DNA of 57,414 nucleotides, the filler included, from Trypethelium eluteriae (Eukaryota): the NCBI GenBank assembly GCA_051942245.1. It is 2 parts of 2 records of this genome, joined end to end, with 100 filler letters (N's around TTAATTAATTAA, not from the genome) between each part and the next. Parts side by side here need not be neighbours in the genome. Positions count along the whole stretch, not along the records: positions 1 to 28,681 come from JAVECL010000306.1; 1 more part is not named here. The stretch is one strand, 5' to 3'. This document shows positions 1 to 13,100 of this stretch, in pieces (positions within the stretch are counted from its first letter, which is position 1; every line of letters starts with the position of its first letter). The notes below the pieces were generated by a model that saw only the letters and a program-made list of their open reading frames with translations, was not told the DNA's origin and ran no database searches. Both the position numbers and the translations under genes were made by a program.

Positions 1-2073
1 GGCCCGCTCGCCCCCGCGCTCGCCTGGGCGGCGGGGCAGGGGGCGTGGATCGCCCGCGCGAGGGCGGACCTGCCGGCGGCGAGGCCGTTCGCGCCGGGCG
101 CGGCGATCCCCTTCGACGGCGGCGAACTGCTGATCGACTGGCGGCCGGATACGTCCCGCCGGGCGATGCGGGAGGGGATAGGGAGTGGGGTGAGGGTTTT
201 GGCGCGGAGGGGGAAGAGGCTGTGCTCGCTGTCTGTAGGGGATTTGCGGCCGATGCGCTCTTCGTCTTGGGATTCTTCTTCGTCGGTGCCGGCTTCGGAA
301 TCGGGATTGGAGACAGCGTCGTCGAATTCGCCTTTGTCGGAGGTGCCGTCGCTGTCTTGGCGGATGGTGAGGATTTGAGAGGGACTCAGGATGCCGCCGT
401 CTTCGGCATCAAAGAATTCTTGGGTTGATGCAGAATCTATGGAGAGGCGGGAAGCTCCAGATGGAGGGACGGCTGAGCGCCTCTGTTTGCTCTCGTTTAG
501 AAGGGCAGAAAAGTCAGCAAGCACGGAATCTAGATCTCGAAGAATGACCTCGCAATGCTCAGATAATTTGCGGTCTGTTGAAAGATCCCTGTTAGACTTT
601 CTACTTCTAGGTACGGAGATAGTTCCGTTTGGAAGCTGTTGAAGTGATTGTGTGCCGGCAGGCAATGGGACCGCGAGTTGTGCAGAGACACTACGTCGGA
701 ATAAGCCAGAAGGACTGACGCCGCCACTGCTGGGGCTCCGTTTCCAGAATGGTCTCTTCTCCGGCTTCAAATTATCATCTCCGAAATAGTCACTGGATGT
801 CGATTCGGCCGGACTGGGAGTATCAGTGCCGCCAGGAGCCGAAATCGCGAGACCCGTATTGACAGGAGATAATCTTCTGGAGCCTTGATTTCTTGCTAAT
901 CTTCTGACGGCATCTTGAATGCCCGAAACTCTTCCAACTAGCGTCTCTACCTGCGCCCACTCTCGATCCTCTGCGTTACCTCCTCGCGCTGGGATTGTGA
1001 GACCGGAAGGCGTACTCGTGTTGATGACAGGAGATGAGACGGAGACTGTGGCATGGGCAGCCTTCTCCAAAGCTTCTCGCCACCCATCGAAGTCCTTCTT
1101 GTTACCAGCTTTTAGATGCCATATTTCCGCCCCTGAATCAATTGAGATTTCTCGATTTTTCTCGTGGACGCCTACAGCTGCCAGAGAGAGAGGTACTGAG
1201 CCACGCAGAGCGGAGGACTGCCGATTGCGGTAATATGAAAGGGTACTGGTTTGAAAATCCAGTGAGAAGAATCTACGGGCATAGCCTTGGTTCTTTCTCC
1301 GTCTCTTTTTCAACAGAACACCGGTGTAAAATGTAGACCCCATAGGACTCTTCGACTGCTTTGCATGACCATGACCAGATCGAGGTCTTGGATCCGACAG
1401 CGTCCCCTTGTGTAGTTCTTGTGGCAATGCTTCAGAGGAATCAGATAGGGGAGCGAGCGCAGGACTGCCTTTTGAGTTGACGCTTGTTGGAACCGATCCT
1501 GCAAAAGCTTGCGAGAAATGTAGGTGGTGTCCTGATTTAGGCGGAGATTTGGTGGGATAAGTCATCAATACAAAGGTGACTTTCTTGGAGTTTTGCTTCG
1601 AAAAGGTATTGTCAAGCACCAGACCATACATCCCGCCTTCTCCCTCTGAGACATCATATGTGCCCATCGACACTTTTTCAGCTTCGCATCTTCCAGTCCA
1701 AGCGACACACTTTAATCCAATACCCTGTAATTTGTCCACCACGGGATTCTCATTTTTTTGTGATCCGACAGACGATTTTCGCTGATCCGAGTTGCCCGTG
1801 AACGTGGATGGTTGACCGGCATCAAAGTTTCCAATCGCAGGTAGACTAGGTGTCAATTCGCTCGTCGCTGTAGGGTGTTTAAATACGCCGAAGTTTATCG
1901 ACTTCTTATGAGGCTGAATGCTCCAAGAGATAGAATGCCCAGAAGTGACCTGAATCCATCGGACAAGGTAGGACTACGAACAACCAGCACCGTTAGCATA
2001 GCAAATGATGCCGTCAAGGTACACGAGCTTCAATTACCTTGCTATGGATCACCAATTGCTCCATGCCAGCCAT
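1..2073 (-). CDS. OSH3: Oxysterol-binding protein homolog (GOLD + PH domains), 5' part; runs off the window's left end
   Basis: Exon 1 2073-2038 MAGMEQLVIHSK; intron 2037-1974 (GTAATT..GCTAAC..TAG); exon 2 SYLVRWIQVTSGHSISWSIQPHKKSINFGVFKHP (GOLD), later LLKRRRKRNQGYARRFFSLDFQTSTLSYY...ALRGSVPLSLAAV...EIWHLKA (PH). Absent from the ORF track, which lists no ORF running off the window. Confidence 0.92.
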
Positions 2074-3712
2074 ATTCGCATGGGTTAGCTACGTCAACAG
2101 GTAGCTTTCCACAGCCCCTTCTGTAGTTTATCAGAGTCGCGTCATGGTCCTTGCCTAGAATATTGGCAGAAAACGAGAGTTACTTTCCGGATGTCGAAGA
2201 AATTGGAGCAAAGAGGTCGGTATTCGTAGAGAATAGGCACGCGTTTTGGAGATTAGATCTGATGCGGCTAGGGCCGGGCCGGGGGTGGTCGGGGTCGGAA
2301 TCGCCGCAATCAGATGTAGCCGTCAGCAAATACAGTACGAAACACCACGCCAATAGGAATCGCCTCGGCTTTATTTTTCAGTATATGAATCAGGCTAAGA
2401 TTTGAGAGTCGTTGAGCACATAGAGAGTATGTTTTTTATCGGCCTGGGTTTCGTAGGCCACATCTCGTGATTACGCGTGTCACGGTCGAGCTAACTCTAA
2501 GCCACTCCTTTCTTAGAACACAAGTAACGGAGACGCTGGCCCCTAACCTTCCGCACGCTTGGCTACAAGTTTGACCAGTCTCATTGAAAATCTTACATGT
2601 CAGGTTGGTGGAAGAAAGCCGTGTCTTTCGCATAGCAAGCCGATCGTTTCGTCGTCATCCCGGGTCTTTTATTTGTAGGAAGCTGAAGCTTTCGGGACAA
2701 GTAGGAGCGAAAATAGCTGATCTATCTGCATACAGTCTATGGAGGACTCCGTACAACTGGTGAAATTTCGAGCTGGGACGTTCAATCAACAAGGGACTAG
2801 CGCATGACTAAGGTAGTTATAAAGTTGGCAGAAGATAACAAGTCTCGTGCACCATCCTGACATTGTTGCCCGAATCTCCGCGGGTTGGAGTTGGTCTCTC
2901 TTGCCATTCAGCAACCGTATAGCTCTCCAGATACAGCAAGGGAGCCTAAACAGTGAAAACGCATCGAGGATGACAAGGAACCCTGCAGAGGCAGGCAACC
3001 AGCCTTCTCTTCGTCAGTTCAACTTCTTTGGCCGGTAACCTTAGTCGTAAAGAGCAATAATTCGAGGGTGACTCGGTAGCGTCGAAGATAGATGAGATAT
3101 GTTCCTACAAAGGGCCCGGAGCAAGTTGCTCTATTGTCTTTCCGAGTTCTGTGTTAAGGAATGAAAAATCCCTGAGCTTGGGAGTATTTGTGCTTGAAAC
3201 AGGCTGGTCCAGGGATAAATTTAGTAGCAACCTCAACGGCCTCCTTGTCCACCTCGGCTTCACCACCGGCTGTCACAGCTTGTACCGACATGTTACGATG
3301 AATTGCCACAGCGCTACTTCATATAGATGTTGCACAGATATCTCGGATGGCAAAAGGCCATTTCAGGAGCCTGGAGCCCTTCCGGTCTCGATACGCAGCC
3401 GCCTCAATCTACCGACTGTGACCTCCATGTAGACCGGACGTCTGCCGCTGCAAAGGCATCATCAACGCCATATGGACAGGCAAATCAAATGATTCCAGAT
3501 ACACAAATCTTACAATCGTGGGGCGACATCATATATTTTGGTTTCTGGTGTCTCATTGCGCTTTACACACGTCCCTTCAAGGTTAGTGGTTCATTCTAAA
3601 GTTTCCTGGGTTGGGGAAGCGAAGACGGTCATCATATTCAGCACCGTTTCTCTCTTAAAATTTGTATACACCCACAAAAATTTTCACATTGTTTTCAATC
3701 AATTTTAAGCTG

Positions 3713-4747
3713 ATGTCTCTCACACTTCCGAAATGGGTTTTTTTCTCTACATTCAGGGTGGCTTTTACGACTTTGGCCTTGCAGCTTACCCTCTCCTCTG
3801 CGCACACAGCTGAACAGACTTCCTCTTTGCAGAATCATCCAATAAATAGTCCCCGTCCTCGATGGTCAGGTTGGAGTCATATTGAAACCGTCTTCGTCTT
3901 CGGAGATTCCTATAGCTCAACCGAGTTCGACTTAAAAGGGGCGCAACCAAATCCAGCAAACCCTCTTGGCAATCCTCCGTATCCAGGCTCAACTTCCTCA
4001 AATGGTCCAAATTGGGTGGATTTCATCACTACCACATGGAATGAAAGCTACATTAGGACGTATAATCTCGCAGTCGGCGGCGCTACCGTTGACTCAGATC
4101 TCGTCCCGCCCTTCCTGCCTTTTATCCCATCAATGAAACAGCAAATTGAAGACCGGTACCTCCCGATCTACGGGTCACCAAGCAAGTGGAACCCTAACAC
4201 TACTCTTTTCGCAATTTGGATTGGCATTAATGACGTCGGCAACTCCTTTGCTAACAAAAACCCCACCCTCAACCCCGAAATATTCAAGGTATATAGCAAG
4301 CTTGTCGATAAACTCTACGTCTCCGGCGCCCGAAAATTCCTGTTTCTCAACGTTCCTCCCCTCGAGCTCACTCCACGTACCGTTGCGCAGGGTCCCGATG
4401 CCCAAGCTACCGAGAAGGCCGACATTGCGGACTTTAATTACCGCCTCGATAAACTCACACAGAACTTGACAAGCACTTATTCGGATGCTCATGCCATGCA
4501 ATTCGATGCATACAAGCTCTTTTCCAAGATTCAGGAGAACCCGACGGCGGTCGCCGAAACGATGGGGTACAAAAATGTTACGGACTGGTGTAGGCATTAT
4601 GAAAACGGGACACCAAAATGGGATACGTTTCATCCTAGATGTGGTGTTGCAGTGAACGAGTATCTGTGGCTGAACAATCTGCATCCCACGTATCCTATTC
4701 ACAATGCGACGGCGCATTCCATTGCGGTACAATTAGCCCGTTCATAG
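3713..4747 (+). CDS. Secreted SGNH/GDSL hydrolase, carbohydrate esterase family 16-like acetylesterase
   Basis: Hydrophobic N-terminus; FGDSYS (block I), NLAVGGA (II), WIGINDV (III), WLNNLHPT (V). First ATG at 3713; the ORF track starts at TTG 3662. Confidence 0.88.
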   Translation: MSLTLPKWVFFSTFRVAFTTLALQLTLSSAHTAEQTSSLQNHPINSPRPRWSGWSHIETVFVFGDSYSSTEFDLKGAQPNPANPLGNPPYPGSTSSNGPNWVDFITTTWNESYIRTYNLAVGGATVDSDLVPPFLPFIPSMKQQIEDRYLPIYGSPSKWNPNTTLFAIWIGINDVGNSFANKNPTLNPEIFKVYSKLVDKLYVSGARKFLFLNVPPLELTPRTVAQGPDAQATEKADIADFNYRLDKLTQNLTSTYSDAHAMQFDAYKLFSKIQENPTAVAETMGYKNVTDWCRHYENGTPKWDTFHPRCGVAVNEYLWLNNLHPTYPIHNATAHSIAVQLARS

Positions 4748-5474
4748 TGCTGTACTGGGTGGCTTTTCAACCGCGTGAGCGTTCTTTTAGCTTTGTACTA
4801 CGGACTAATAGGTTTTGGGCGACTGATGAGAATAGCTTGCCACGACAAACTCAAGATAGAGCGCTTTACCACGCACCCTCTCATGGACTGCAAGGACATC
4901 TCGAACTACTCCATCCTAAGACTAGACCTCCTTTGTTGAATCATGAGCATGGCTCTATTCATGCGAATTATCCCCTGACAGCTCTTACATCTATTTGAAG
5001 AAGCATTGGGCTAAAATGATGCGGTCTCCTTATGCATTCGCCCTACAGTGGCATTTTTCTCAACACTAGGACGACCCTGATCATCTTATGTCAGCCATTC
5101 AATCCATGATCAGAGAAACGCTCTGCGTGTTCGCCGCGGGAGGTTGCGGAAATTTGCCTCGCGTCTGCGTCTATTGACTTAGAAGCGTGGTCCTATCTTG
5201 AGGATCATTTTACTGAATGATCTTGCTAGATTTGACTTGACTCAATATGTATATGAAACACTACAAACTATGAGAAAGATGGGACCGATAGCAGTCCCTC
5301 TCTGCAGCAGTGAGTTTTCCTTTTGAATATAGAAGAATGTCTGAAAAATATAGAGGAACTAGCGTACACATTCAGGCCAGCTACCATCATACGGTGCATC
5401 AATATAGGTAAAGCATGTAGAGAGACAGTCTCCCATGAAAGAATTGGATGCAGGGTTCATCCTACCGGATGGGC

Positions 5475-6239
5475 TTAATTGGGCAATTGGGGGTTACTAA
5501 CCATGTAGATTTCGCCCACTCTCACACCCATCTCAGCCTCCTTTCCCATATCAATATTCCTTACTTTCAAGAATATTAACCGCCCCAACTCTCTGCGCTC
5601 TCCTGGGTATAAAAAATCTCCATATCGCACTGTTAGCTCGTTCGATCCACTGACCGTATCCAAGTGATCCCACCATTTCTGATGTTGTCCCCCCAGCTTA
5701 CAGTTACGCCAAGAACGATCGAAGTAGTCCATAAAATTGCGGACGAGATATTTAAATTGAGGTTCATCGTTCGTATGAAAGACGATCAAGATACGGTCCA
5801 GAGAAGGGAAGATCGCTTTTGAACGCATTGCTCGGGTGATGCGAAGGACGTCGTTCCGCGGGACTAGTTTTGGCCCTCCCCCCAGGTGAGTCATCCTCAC
5901 CCAGCGGAGGGACAGGTGCCAGGGGGTTACATAGCGCTGGACATCGAAGTCAGGAAAAGGTTTCTGCACACCGGTGAAGACGAGGGAATGGATGGCATTT
6001 CGCTGTGTAGATGTCAATTTGTCTAGAGCTTTGCATGCAACGAACATTGAGCTGGTGAAGACGTGATGCGTGCGTCGAAACATCAGGATTTGAGCCTCAG
6101 AGTAGATCTGGCGGCAAGTCTGGAGAATGTTGAGGCGTGCGCGATTACTCGTGAGGGGGTCCTCTTGGGAATTGTCGCAGATGAACTCGTACACCTGGTT
6201 ACGGATTTCTCCAGGAAGATCCAAGAAAGTCAGGGGCAT
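5475..6239 (-). CDS. F-box-like (DUF7730/2EXR-type) protein
   Basis: FLDLPGEIRNQVYEF...LNILQTCRQIYSEA motif pair typical of the expanded fungal F-box-like family. Confidence 0.75.
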   Translation of the reverse strand: MPLTFLDLPGEIRNQVYEFICDNSQEDPLTSNRARLNILQTCRQIYSEAQILMFRRTHHVFTSSMFVACKALDKLTSTQRNAIHSLVFTGVQKPFPDFDVQRYVTPWHLSLRWVRMTHLGGGPKLVPRNDVLRITRAMRSKAIFPSLDRILIVFHTNDEPQFKYLVRNFMDYFDRSWRNCKLGGQHQKWWDHLDTVSGSNELTVRYGDFLYPGERRELGRLIFLKVRNIDMGKEAEMGVRVGEIYMVSNPQLPN

Positions 6240-6788
6240 TGTGCATCAAATATGTGAGAAAATGCTATGCGCAGGTTGAAAAAGTATTTTCTTGATGTTG
6301 ATAAAATGGTGATGGGAGCTTGTAGATTTAGCTATGGAGGCGAGAACCTTTGTATATTCTAACTGTAGTTGTTGATCACGACCATCACTCGTAATCACGT
6401 GGTAGGATTACCTTCCAACTCACATGCAACAAACATGTTCGATTTTATTTCCCTTCTGACGAAGCATACACAAAGAGCTAGTTTTAAATCTCTTCGTTGT
6501 GCAGCTAACAACCCTTGTCAATGAGAAGGACTTGGAGATAGACGGAAATATCTTTGTTCTGCCATACTTTGTCAACAGACGCAGATCCTCGCAGCTGAAT
6601 TTCGAAACGGTGATAGGAGTGGAAGATTACAAAATGCTGACGATTATTATGATTACGGAATGAAACTTACCTCCGAGAACGAATTCGCATTAAGACCAAA
6701 CGGATCGTTCCAACGATGAAGATGGTATTGTCGATTTTGTCGCTGAGCAAGAATGGTAATACTAACTTCAAAAATCGATGGATTCGAT

Positions 6789-7907
6789 CTAGAATGCAAA
6801 GATACCTGCAAAGTCTCGCAAAAACCTCCACATGCCTTTCCCTTTCCAGGCCTTCTCTATCCATGCATTCGCGTCCTCAGGAAACTCGTCCACGACATCT
6901 TTAAGACTCCAATCATGTGCCATCACTGTCAGAATCTGGCTGTGTCCATCGAGCTCCTCGATTTTCTGGATTGTCGCTCTCAATTCGCTGTAGTTGGCAG
7001 CATACTTCGTATCATGTTTGGGATGCTCAGGTGGATTCTGAAATTCAAGGATGTGCTCAAGTGGTGATTCATTCCGCATAATAGGTTGGAACAAATGGCC
7101 AGGACATAGACCAGGATGGGTATTGGGTGATGGTGAGGGCATCATAAATTCCGGCAATGGCTGATACACCGAGGGGCGAACTTCGCCAGCGTGATTGGCT
7201 GTGTCACCGCACATATGAATGAATGTCGCACCTGGGCTTGGCGTCGTACGGGCCAGGCCACTGAGATGTCCGATAGCATGGCCGGGTGAGTCGAGTATGT
7301 AGAAGCTGCCATCTTTGAAATAGTCAAAGGCTTTGAACTGCGCGATCTGGAGACTATCACTGGAAAAGTCAATTTCTCGCAGCTCTCGACCGGCATAGTC
7401 CGACTGTAGAATAGGACTATTTGGGTCGGTAGGGAAACCAGGAAAGAAGTTTGACTCTACACCAGGGCCCACTATAAGCTTCGTGGTTGGTGGGAAGGTA
7501 GAAGGATCCCCGATGTGATCCCAGTGGAAATGGCTCCAGATCAGCCCCTCCACCTCTTCCAGCCTTACCCCATTGTCTCGAAGGATCTCTGAAATGTTCT
7601 TTTTTACCTCGATTCGTTTGATAACTCCAGAGTCGACCAGTTCTTGTAGTCCGCAGGCAGGCGCAGTGTTCCACCAGTCCTTCCTCAGGCCCAGATCAAA
7701 GAGCAACTTTCGCCCACTCGGATGTTCTATCAAAAATGCCCAGGTACCAGCATCAAAGTTGTCAAATCCTTTGATTGCCGGTTGCCAAATCGTTCGTGCC
7801 GGAGCGCCTAGTAGCCTCACTGTAGTGTCGATGATCCGAACCTTAACGAATATTTCCGAATCTGGAATTTCTAATGGAGGTGGAGACTTTGCTTGCTCGG
7901 TAGTCAT
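6789..7907 (-). CDS. Metallo-beta-lactamase-fold hydrolase (AHL-lactonase/lactamase-like)
   Basis: LFDLGLRKDW, SHFHWDHIGD (HxHxDH), SPGHAIGH, CGDTANH and MAHD metal-ligand motifs; 372-aa intronless ORF. Confidence 0.92.
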   Translation of the reverse strand: MTTEQAKSPPPLEIPDSEIFVKVRIIDTTVRLLGAPARTIWQPAIKGFDNFDAGTWAFLIEHPSGRKLLFDLGLRKDWWNTAPACGLQELVDSGVIKRIEVKKNISEILRDNGVRLEEVEGLIWSHFHWDHIGDPSTFPPTTKLIVGPGVESNFFPGFPTDPNSPILQSDYAGRELREIDFSSDSLQIAQFKAFDYFKDGSFYILDSPGHAIGHLSGLARTTPSPGATFIHMCGDTANHAGEVRPSVYQPLPEFMMPSPSPNTHPGLCPGHLFQPIMRNESPLEHILEFQNPPEHPKHDTKYAANYSELRATIQKIEELDGHSQILTVMAHDWSLKDVVDEFPEDANAWIEKAWKGKGMWRFLRDFAGIFAF

Positions 7908-8621
7908 CCCAGAATGTAGAGGAAAGTGAAAATTGCAAGACTGCTACGAGGGCGGATTTCATAATTGCAAGAGCTTCAAGGCTTGTCTAAGAGGGGCTCT
8001 CTTCTCTCTCAGCGCTGTTCAGGAAGGAACACGAGGTGCAGGCGGAAGAAAGTGGCTGAAAGCGGAGAAATCGCACACCTATCCTATCTAATCCTCCGCA
8101 GGACAGCCATGGCCAAAACTTTCACCAAGGGTTAGGCGGAGCTCGGATAGGAGATTGCTGCAATCAATCATTTCCCGGCGGCTACGCCATGGGGTCCCAG
8201 CCTCGCTAACCGGCGAACGCTCCTAAACCCTAATAAAAGCTTGTTTCTGACGTCAAAGCAATACAAAGTCAGGCCACGTTGAACGAAACCTCACCATGCA
8301 CACACTGGCGACAACGGGAGACGATCTAACGAGCAGCTCTAGAGGCTTAGCTTCGTCGGCATGATCTAGCAACGTGAATCGTCATCCAGCTTTACCTCGC
8401 TTTCTGGAGAAGGCTAGCTGAGGCCTAACCTTGGACTTTGCCGTAATTCGTGCTTACTCTACTGAGAGGGTAACATGTACATGGCGCTGAAGGTTTAGTA
8501 GCTCCCGCGTACCGATCTATTCTCAGCTCTCGAGAGTGTCACGATTGCTGTCAAGTGTGCCCCAACACCGAACTGGTATCAACGACTTGGAGGTCGAGAC
8601 CCAACTCTACGCTATTTCTGC

Positions 8622-9608
8622 CTAGATGATGCCTGCTGCGATTCGACATATCGAAAGGGGTCCGTGATGAAACCAGGAGTATGGTGGTTTGATGCCGCCG
8701 ATGGAAAAAAAGTAAACCTCGGTGGCGGATTGCACTCCGTCTTTGGCGGATTCATCCCGGAGACGAACTTTTGCAGACTTCATCTCTTGGTCGAGGATGT
8801 TGAGCGATGAGGATGTGAGTGAGGTAAACCACTGAGCGAGACTATACCAGTAGGGGACGATCAAGTTTCTGCTGAGGATTTCTCAGCTTGTACGATGAAG
8901 AAGTAGGATGGCGGGCTCTGTAACTGGTACTTTTTGATTCGCGGTGCTCTACCTTTCCCTTGTTTCTGGTACTGTCCCATCTTGTAGAAAGCCAACGATT
9001 CGTAAGGCATTTACTGGTAGAATCCCATATCCGTTTTCACACAGATACCAGCCAAGACAATCCCGACTTAATTTTGGTGGCCTATGAATTCCGACCCTCC
9101 CATTAATGTGGGTGTAAAGGTAGTTATGGATGTGATCTACCGATCGAACCGTGTGCCGTTGTAGAGTTAGATCTGATGGGAAACTCGCGAATCTGTTGAG
9201 CATTGCTCATCGAATTTGCCGTCAATAATATTTCTTACGTACGAGCTTAAAAGCAGCCCTGAAAGTATGCCCAGCGCTCAATAATCCAGCCCAAGGTCCC
9301 CTCTCATTCGGTGCAAAAATTGGTTCAGGTACGACGACAACAACCGAGCGGACAAGTTTGCAGGACTCTTCTGAAAGGAGACGAAGTCCTTTTAAGGCTA
9401 TCAGACCGAAACGGCGGCTGTCGTGAAAGATATGATTGGTGTTGGCGAAGGCGATTACGTGCACTTCATTGTAGATTTGGCGACACGTGAGAAGTAGATT
9501 TAGATTTTGGGAGGAGGGCATCGAGAGGTCTGGTCGCTGAGCTGGACTGTAAAAGTACTCGTAAATTGAGTTGCGTATCTCTGGTGCGAGCTCAAGAAAG
9601 TTCACCAT
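8622..9608 (-). CDS. F-box-like (DUF7730-type) protein, probably 3 exons (9608-9239, 9172-8953, 8871-8622)
   Basis: FLELAPEIRNSIYEYF...LNLLLTCRQIYNE; paralog of 5475-6239. Putative introns GTAAGA..CAG and GTAGAG..GCTGAG..CAG join three listed ORFs in frame. The second donor is weak, so the gene may be degenerate. Confidence 0.55.
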
Positions 9609-10191
9609 GATTGCTTTAGTGATGTTGGTATGTAGGGCGATGAGGACGCAGAAATTTCCAAGCAGATCATGATTTTTCCTGGGGCTCTACTGGCCTTAGC
9701 AGAGTATAAGTAGAGCAACGAAGGGTCATTAAGGTGAGGCCAGCAGGGCATGGGATGGGTGAGCTGTATACATAGCAGTGGCTTCCGTGACCACCGCATG
9801 ACCGAGCAATACATTCACAATGATCGGGCGCAATGTTTTGAATCACGGAGCTCTGAAATCACAACCTTGAGATTCATGGAGTTTTCGGGTCCTATCTGTT
9901 TCTTCAACGAAGTGTGAAGGTTAGATCCAAAACTTGTATAGCTCACCTTTCATTCTATGAGGTAAACATATACATGCGTGATTGCTGGAGGATGAGAGTC
10001 ACCAGGTCACCTTTCCCTCAACTCCTCCCCGACTTTTGGATCAACGGATTCGATGTGTGACACATAGGCAGGAGAAGGGGTAAAAGTCATCGTAGAAGTA
10101 TGGAATTGCCTCTAGGATAGGAGAAAAGCACACTAACAGGCCCTAGGGAACACCCATAATGCCAATGAAACAGATCTTCCACAATCACTGT

Positions 10192-13100
10192 TTATTCGAA
10201 TCCCCCAGAACCACCGCCTAATCCCCTTAACACTCCTCTCCGCATCCCCGCCACCTTTCTCACTCCCTCCTTCCTCTTCCTCTCCGCCTCCTCAACAACG
10301 CTCCTCCTTTCCGCCTCCCTCGCCGCGTAATTGATACTACTCTTCTTCGACCCACCCCTCCGCACCGCTCCCGTCCCCATCTCCTCTGTCACCGCCGACG
10401 CTCTCGACTTTGCCGAGTCCGAATGTGTCGAAGCGACAGACGAGGTGGTCGTAGCTCGACGCAAGAGACTTGGCACCTTGAAGCCAGGTGTGCTGTTCTT
10501 GTTTGGCGCGTGGAAGGCGAGGCCCGTGGCGCTCTCGGTGTCGGAGAGCATGGACGAGCTGGAGCGCTTGAGGGAGAGGCGGTCGATGATGGGGTTGGCG
10601 GAGGAGCGGCGAGACTCCAGAGGAGCGGGCTTAGGGGGTTTCATTAGGGGTTTGGCGAATACGGCATCGTCTTCTGGCTGTGTCATGATCTCAGGAGTCT
10701 CTTCATTTTCGGAGGCGGAGTTTCCGGGTTCGGAATCGGAGATTGGGGTTTCAGGCACGGATTGCTGGTCGTCTATCAAAAAGCTAAGTGTCTCCCTGAC
10801 TTCGGCGAGGTTTGAAGGTTTCTTTCCCTGGTTCGTACGACGCATCTGTGCTGGAGGCCTTGTGAGGACGTCGTCATTGGAACGTTTGCGCTTCAAGGTC
10901 GTCTCATTCGAGGCAGGAACCTGAGTCTCCGACGCTCGCAGAGGTGGCCCAACATTGGAAGTTTGTGAATCTGGTACAGGGGCGTCATCTTCTGGTGAAT
11001 TGAAGAAATCAACCTCATCCTCTTCCTCATGATCTTCAACTGCACGAAGGAAGGCTGCCTTTTTTGGGTTCTCTGCAATCTTGCCAAGATTCTCATCGTC
11101 TTGCAGTAGGGCCTTCCGCTGACGCGCGAATTCGCGCTGTCTGCGGCGGCGACGTGCTTCGACATCGTCATCAGAGTCCGAGAGCTCAAAGTCTGCACCT
11201 CGCTTCTTGCGAAGACCTCCATTGGCGATATCGCGATAAAGCTTCTCGACTTCCTTTTCATCGCGGACGCGTTCCTTATCACTGTCATACACGTCAGTAT
11301 CAGACAGGCAGACTGTATCGGATCTTCTCGTTCTAGACCGGATATCTTCCAGGTCAGACTTACGCGAAGAAAGCAGCTAATTCACGCTCGTTTAGCTTCA
11401 CATCACTATCATCAATAACCTTCTTCATCTCTTCATCCTCTCCGCCACTTTCATCGTCACTTGCACCTCCAAGACCGGCGTATTCATCTTCAGATTCTTC
11501 AGCTTGTTCCTCAAACATGTCCTTTGCATCACTTTTCTTCTTGTCAAATACCTTGACTGGGGGCTTTTTAGCGGCAGTTCGCATAACGTCGAAGGCGTTG
11601 GCCGAAATCTCGAATTCGTCCTCGTCATGTCTCTGCGCATCTTGTCCTGCTTCTTCTTCGTCCACATCAGAGAATTCAGCGTTGACGTCCGTCTTGCGCC
11701 GAAGACGTTCCCACTGCTTGGTTTGGGGCGACTGTGTTAGTGCAACTGTATCGACTGTTGAATGAGGCATTGCCTCTTCAGCTCGTGGGGATCGAGAGAG
11801 CTCAAAGCCAAAATCTTGAGTTGGGTCTGGAACTTCAGAGTACTCGGTAGCAGCGTATTTCGCGGTCTTAGCTGTGGCCGGTGTTTGTCTTTTAGTTCCA
11901 TTTTCTCGAGCGGGTTTCCGTGGGGTCTCGGCTTGACTGTCGAAGACTATCGGATCCTGTGTAGACTGAGCCATGGCTGCGTCAAAATCAGGTAAGGTCG
12001 GAGGCGGTAGCTGGCGGAGAAATGCCATTGAGTCCTGCTCGGTCTCACCGTTCTCGGTCCCCTGCCATTGGCTCTGTTCCGCATCCATAGTGGCTGCAAA
12101 CATTTGCGTCATACTTAAAGGTGCAGGCGCAGAGACAAGACCTAAGTTAAGATCTCCGCTTGCCGGATCCTCCAAGTTCTCAGCTTCGTGCCCCAGTGCT
12201 TGTTCTTCTTCTTCTTCGTCGTCGTCGTCAATGACCCGATTCTTCCTCGCCCTCATCCGTGTTGCATGAACGACAATTGGGGCTTCGTTATCAGAAGCTT
12301 CTTCACTGGCGCGTTTCTGCCGCTCACTGAGCTCTTCCGTGTCGTCTTGCATGCTCTCATCTCCGTCAGAATCTTCAGCTTCGTTGTCAAGCAAACCGTC
12401 ACCTCCGGCAGCGCTACCTTCCTCGTCATCTGCATCCTCTGCGACCTCTTCCGCGTCTTCTTCGTCATCGTTGTCATCTTCTGAACCGGAAAGCTCGATG
12501 ACTTTTTCCTGTTCATTTTCGTTGCTTGCCTGAGACCTTTCGTCTTCATATTCCTCGTCGCTACTGGGCAAGCCGTCTCCACCATCCTCTCCATCATTCT
12601 TTGCGGCATCCTTTTCTTTCTTCGACAGTTCCTGTGCTTCCTGCCTTGCTTTCTCCAATAAGTTCTCAACCATGAGTTGCTCCTTCTGCTTCTCTTCTTC
12701 AGTCGGAATGTAGACCCCTTTGGCTCTGAGCTCATCAAGCCTCTCATCTCGTTCCTTGCGGGCTTGATCACGCGCTCGTCTTGATAGTAATGCTTGCAAT
12801 TCAGTTAGAGTCATGGAAGATTTCCCTTTTGCTCTACTCTTTCCGGGTGACTTGAGATGTGCCAAAGCCTTCAATGTTCGCATGACACTAGGTTCCGTCT
12901 TCTTGATTGTAGGCATCTTGTCAAAGATTGCAAGCCCCTTGTCAATGATTTCGATGTCATCTTCCGAATCAGAATGCTGTCTAGAGAACGCTCTCGACAT
13001 TTTAGGGGGAACAATGGGGACAGCCTTGAGCTGGACTTCTTGCTGCTTAGGCTTTGGATCGAATGATCTGCTAAGATCTACATCACCCCTGATTGGAGCT

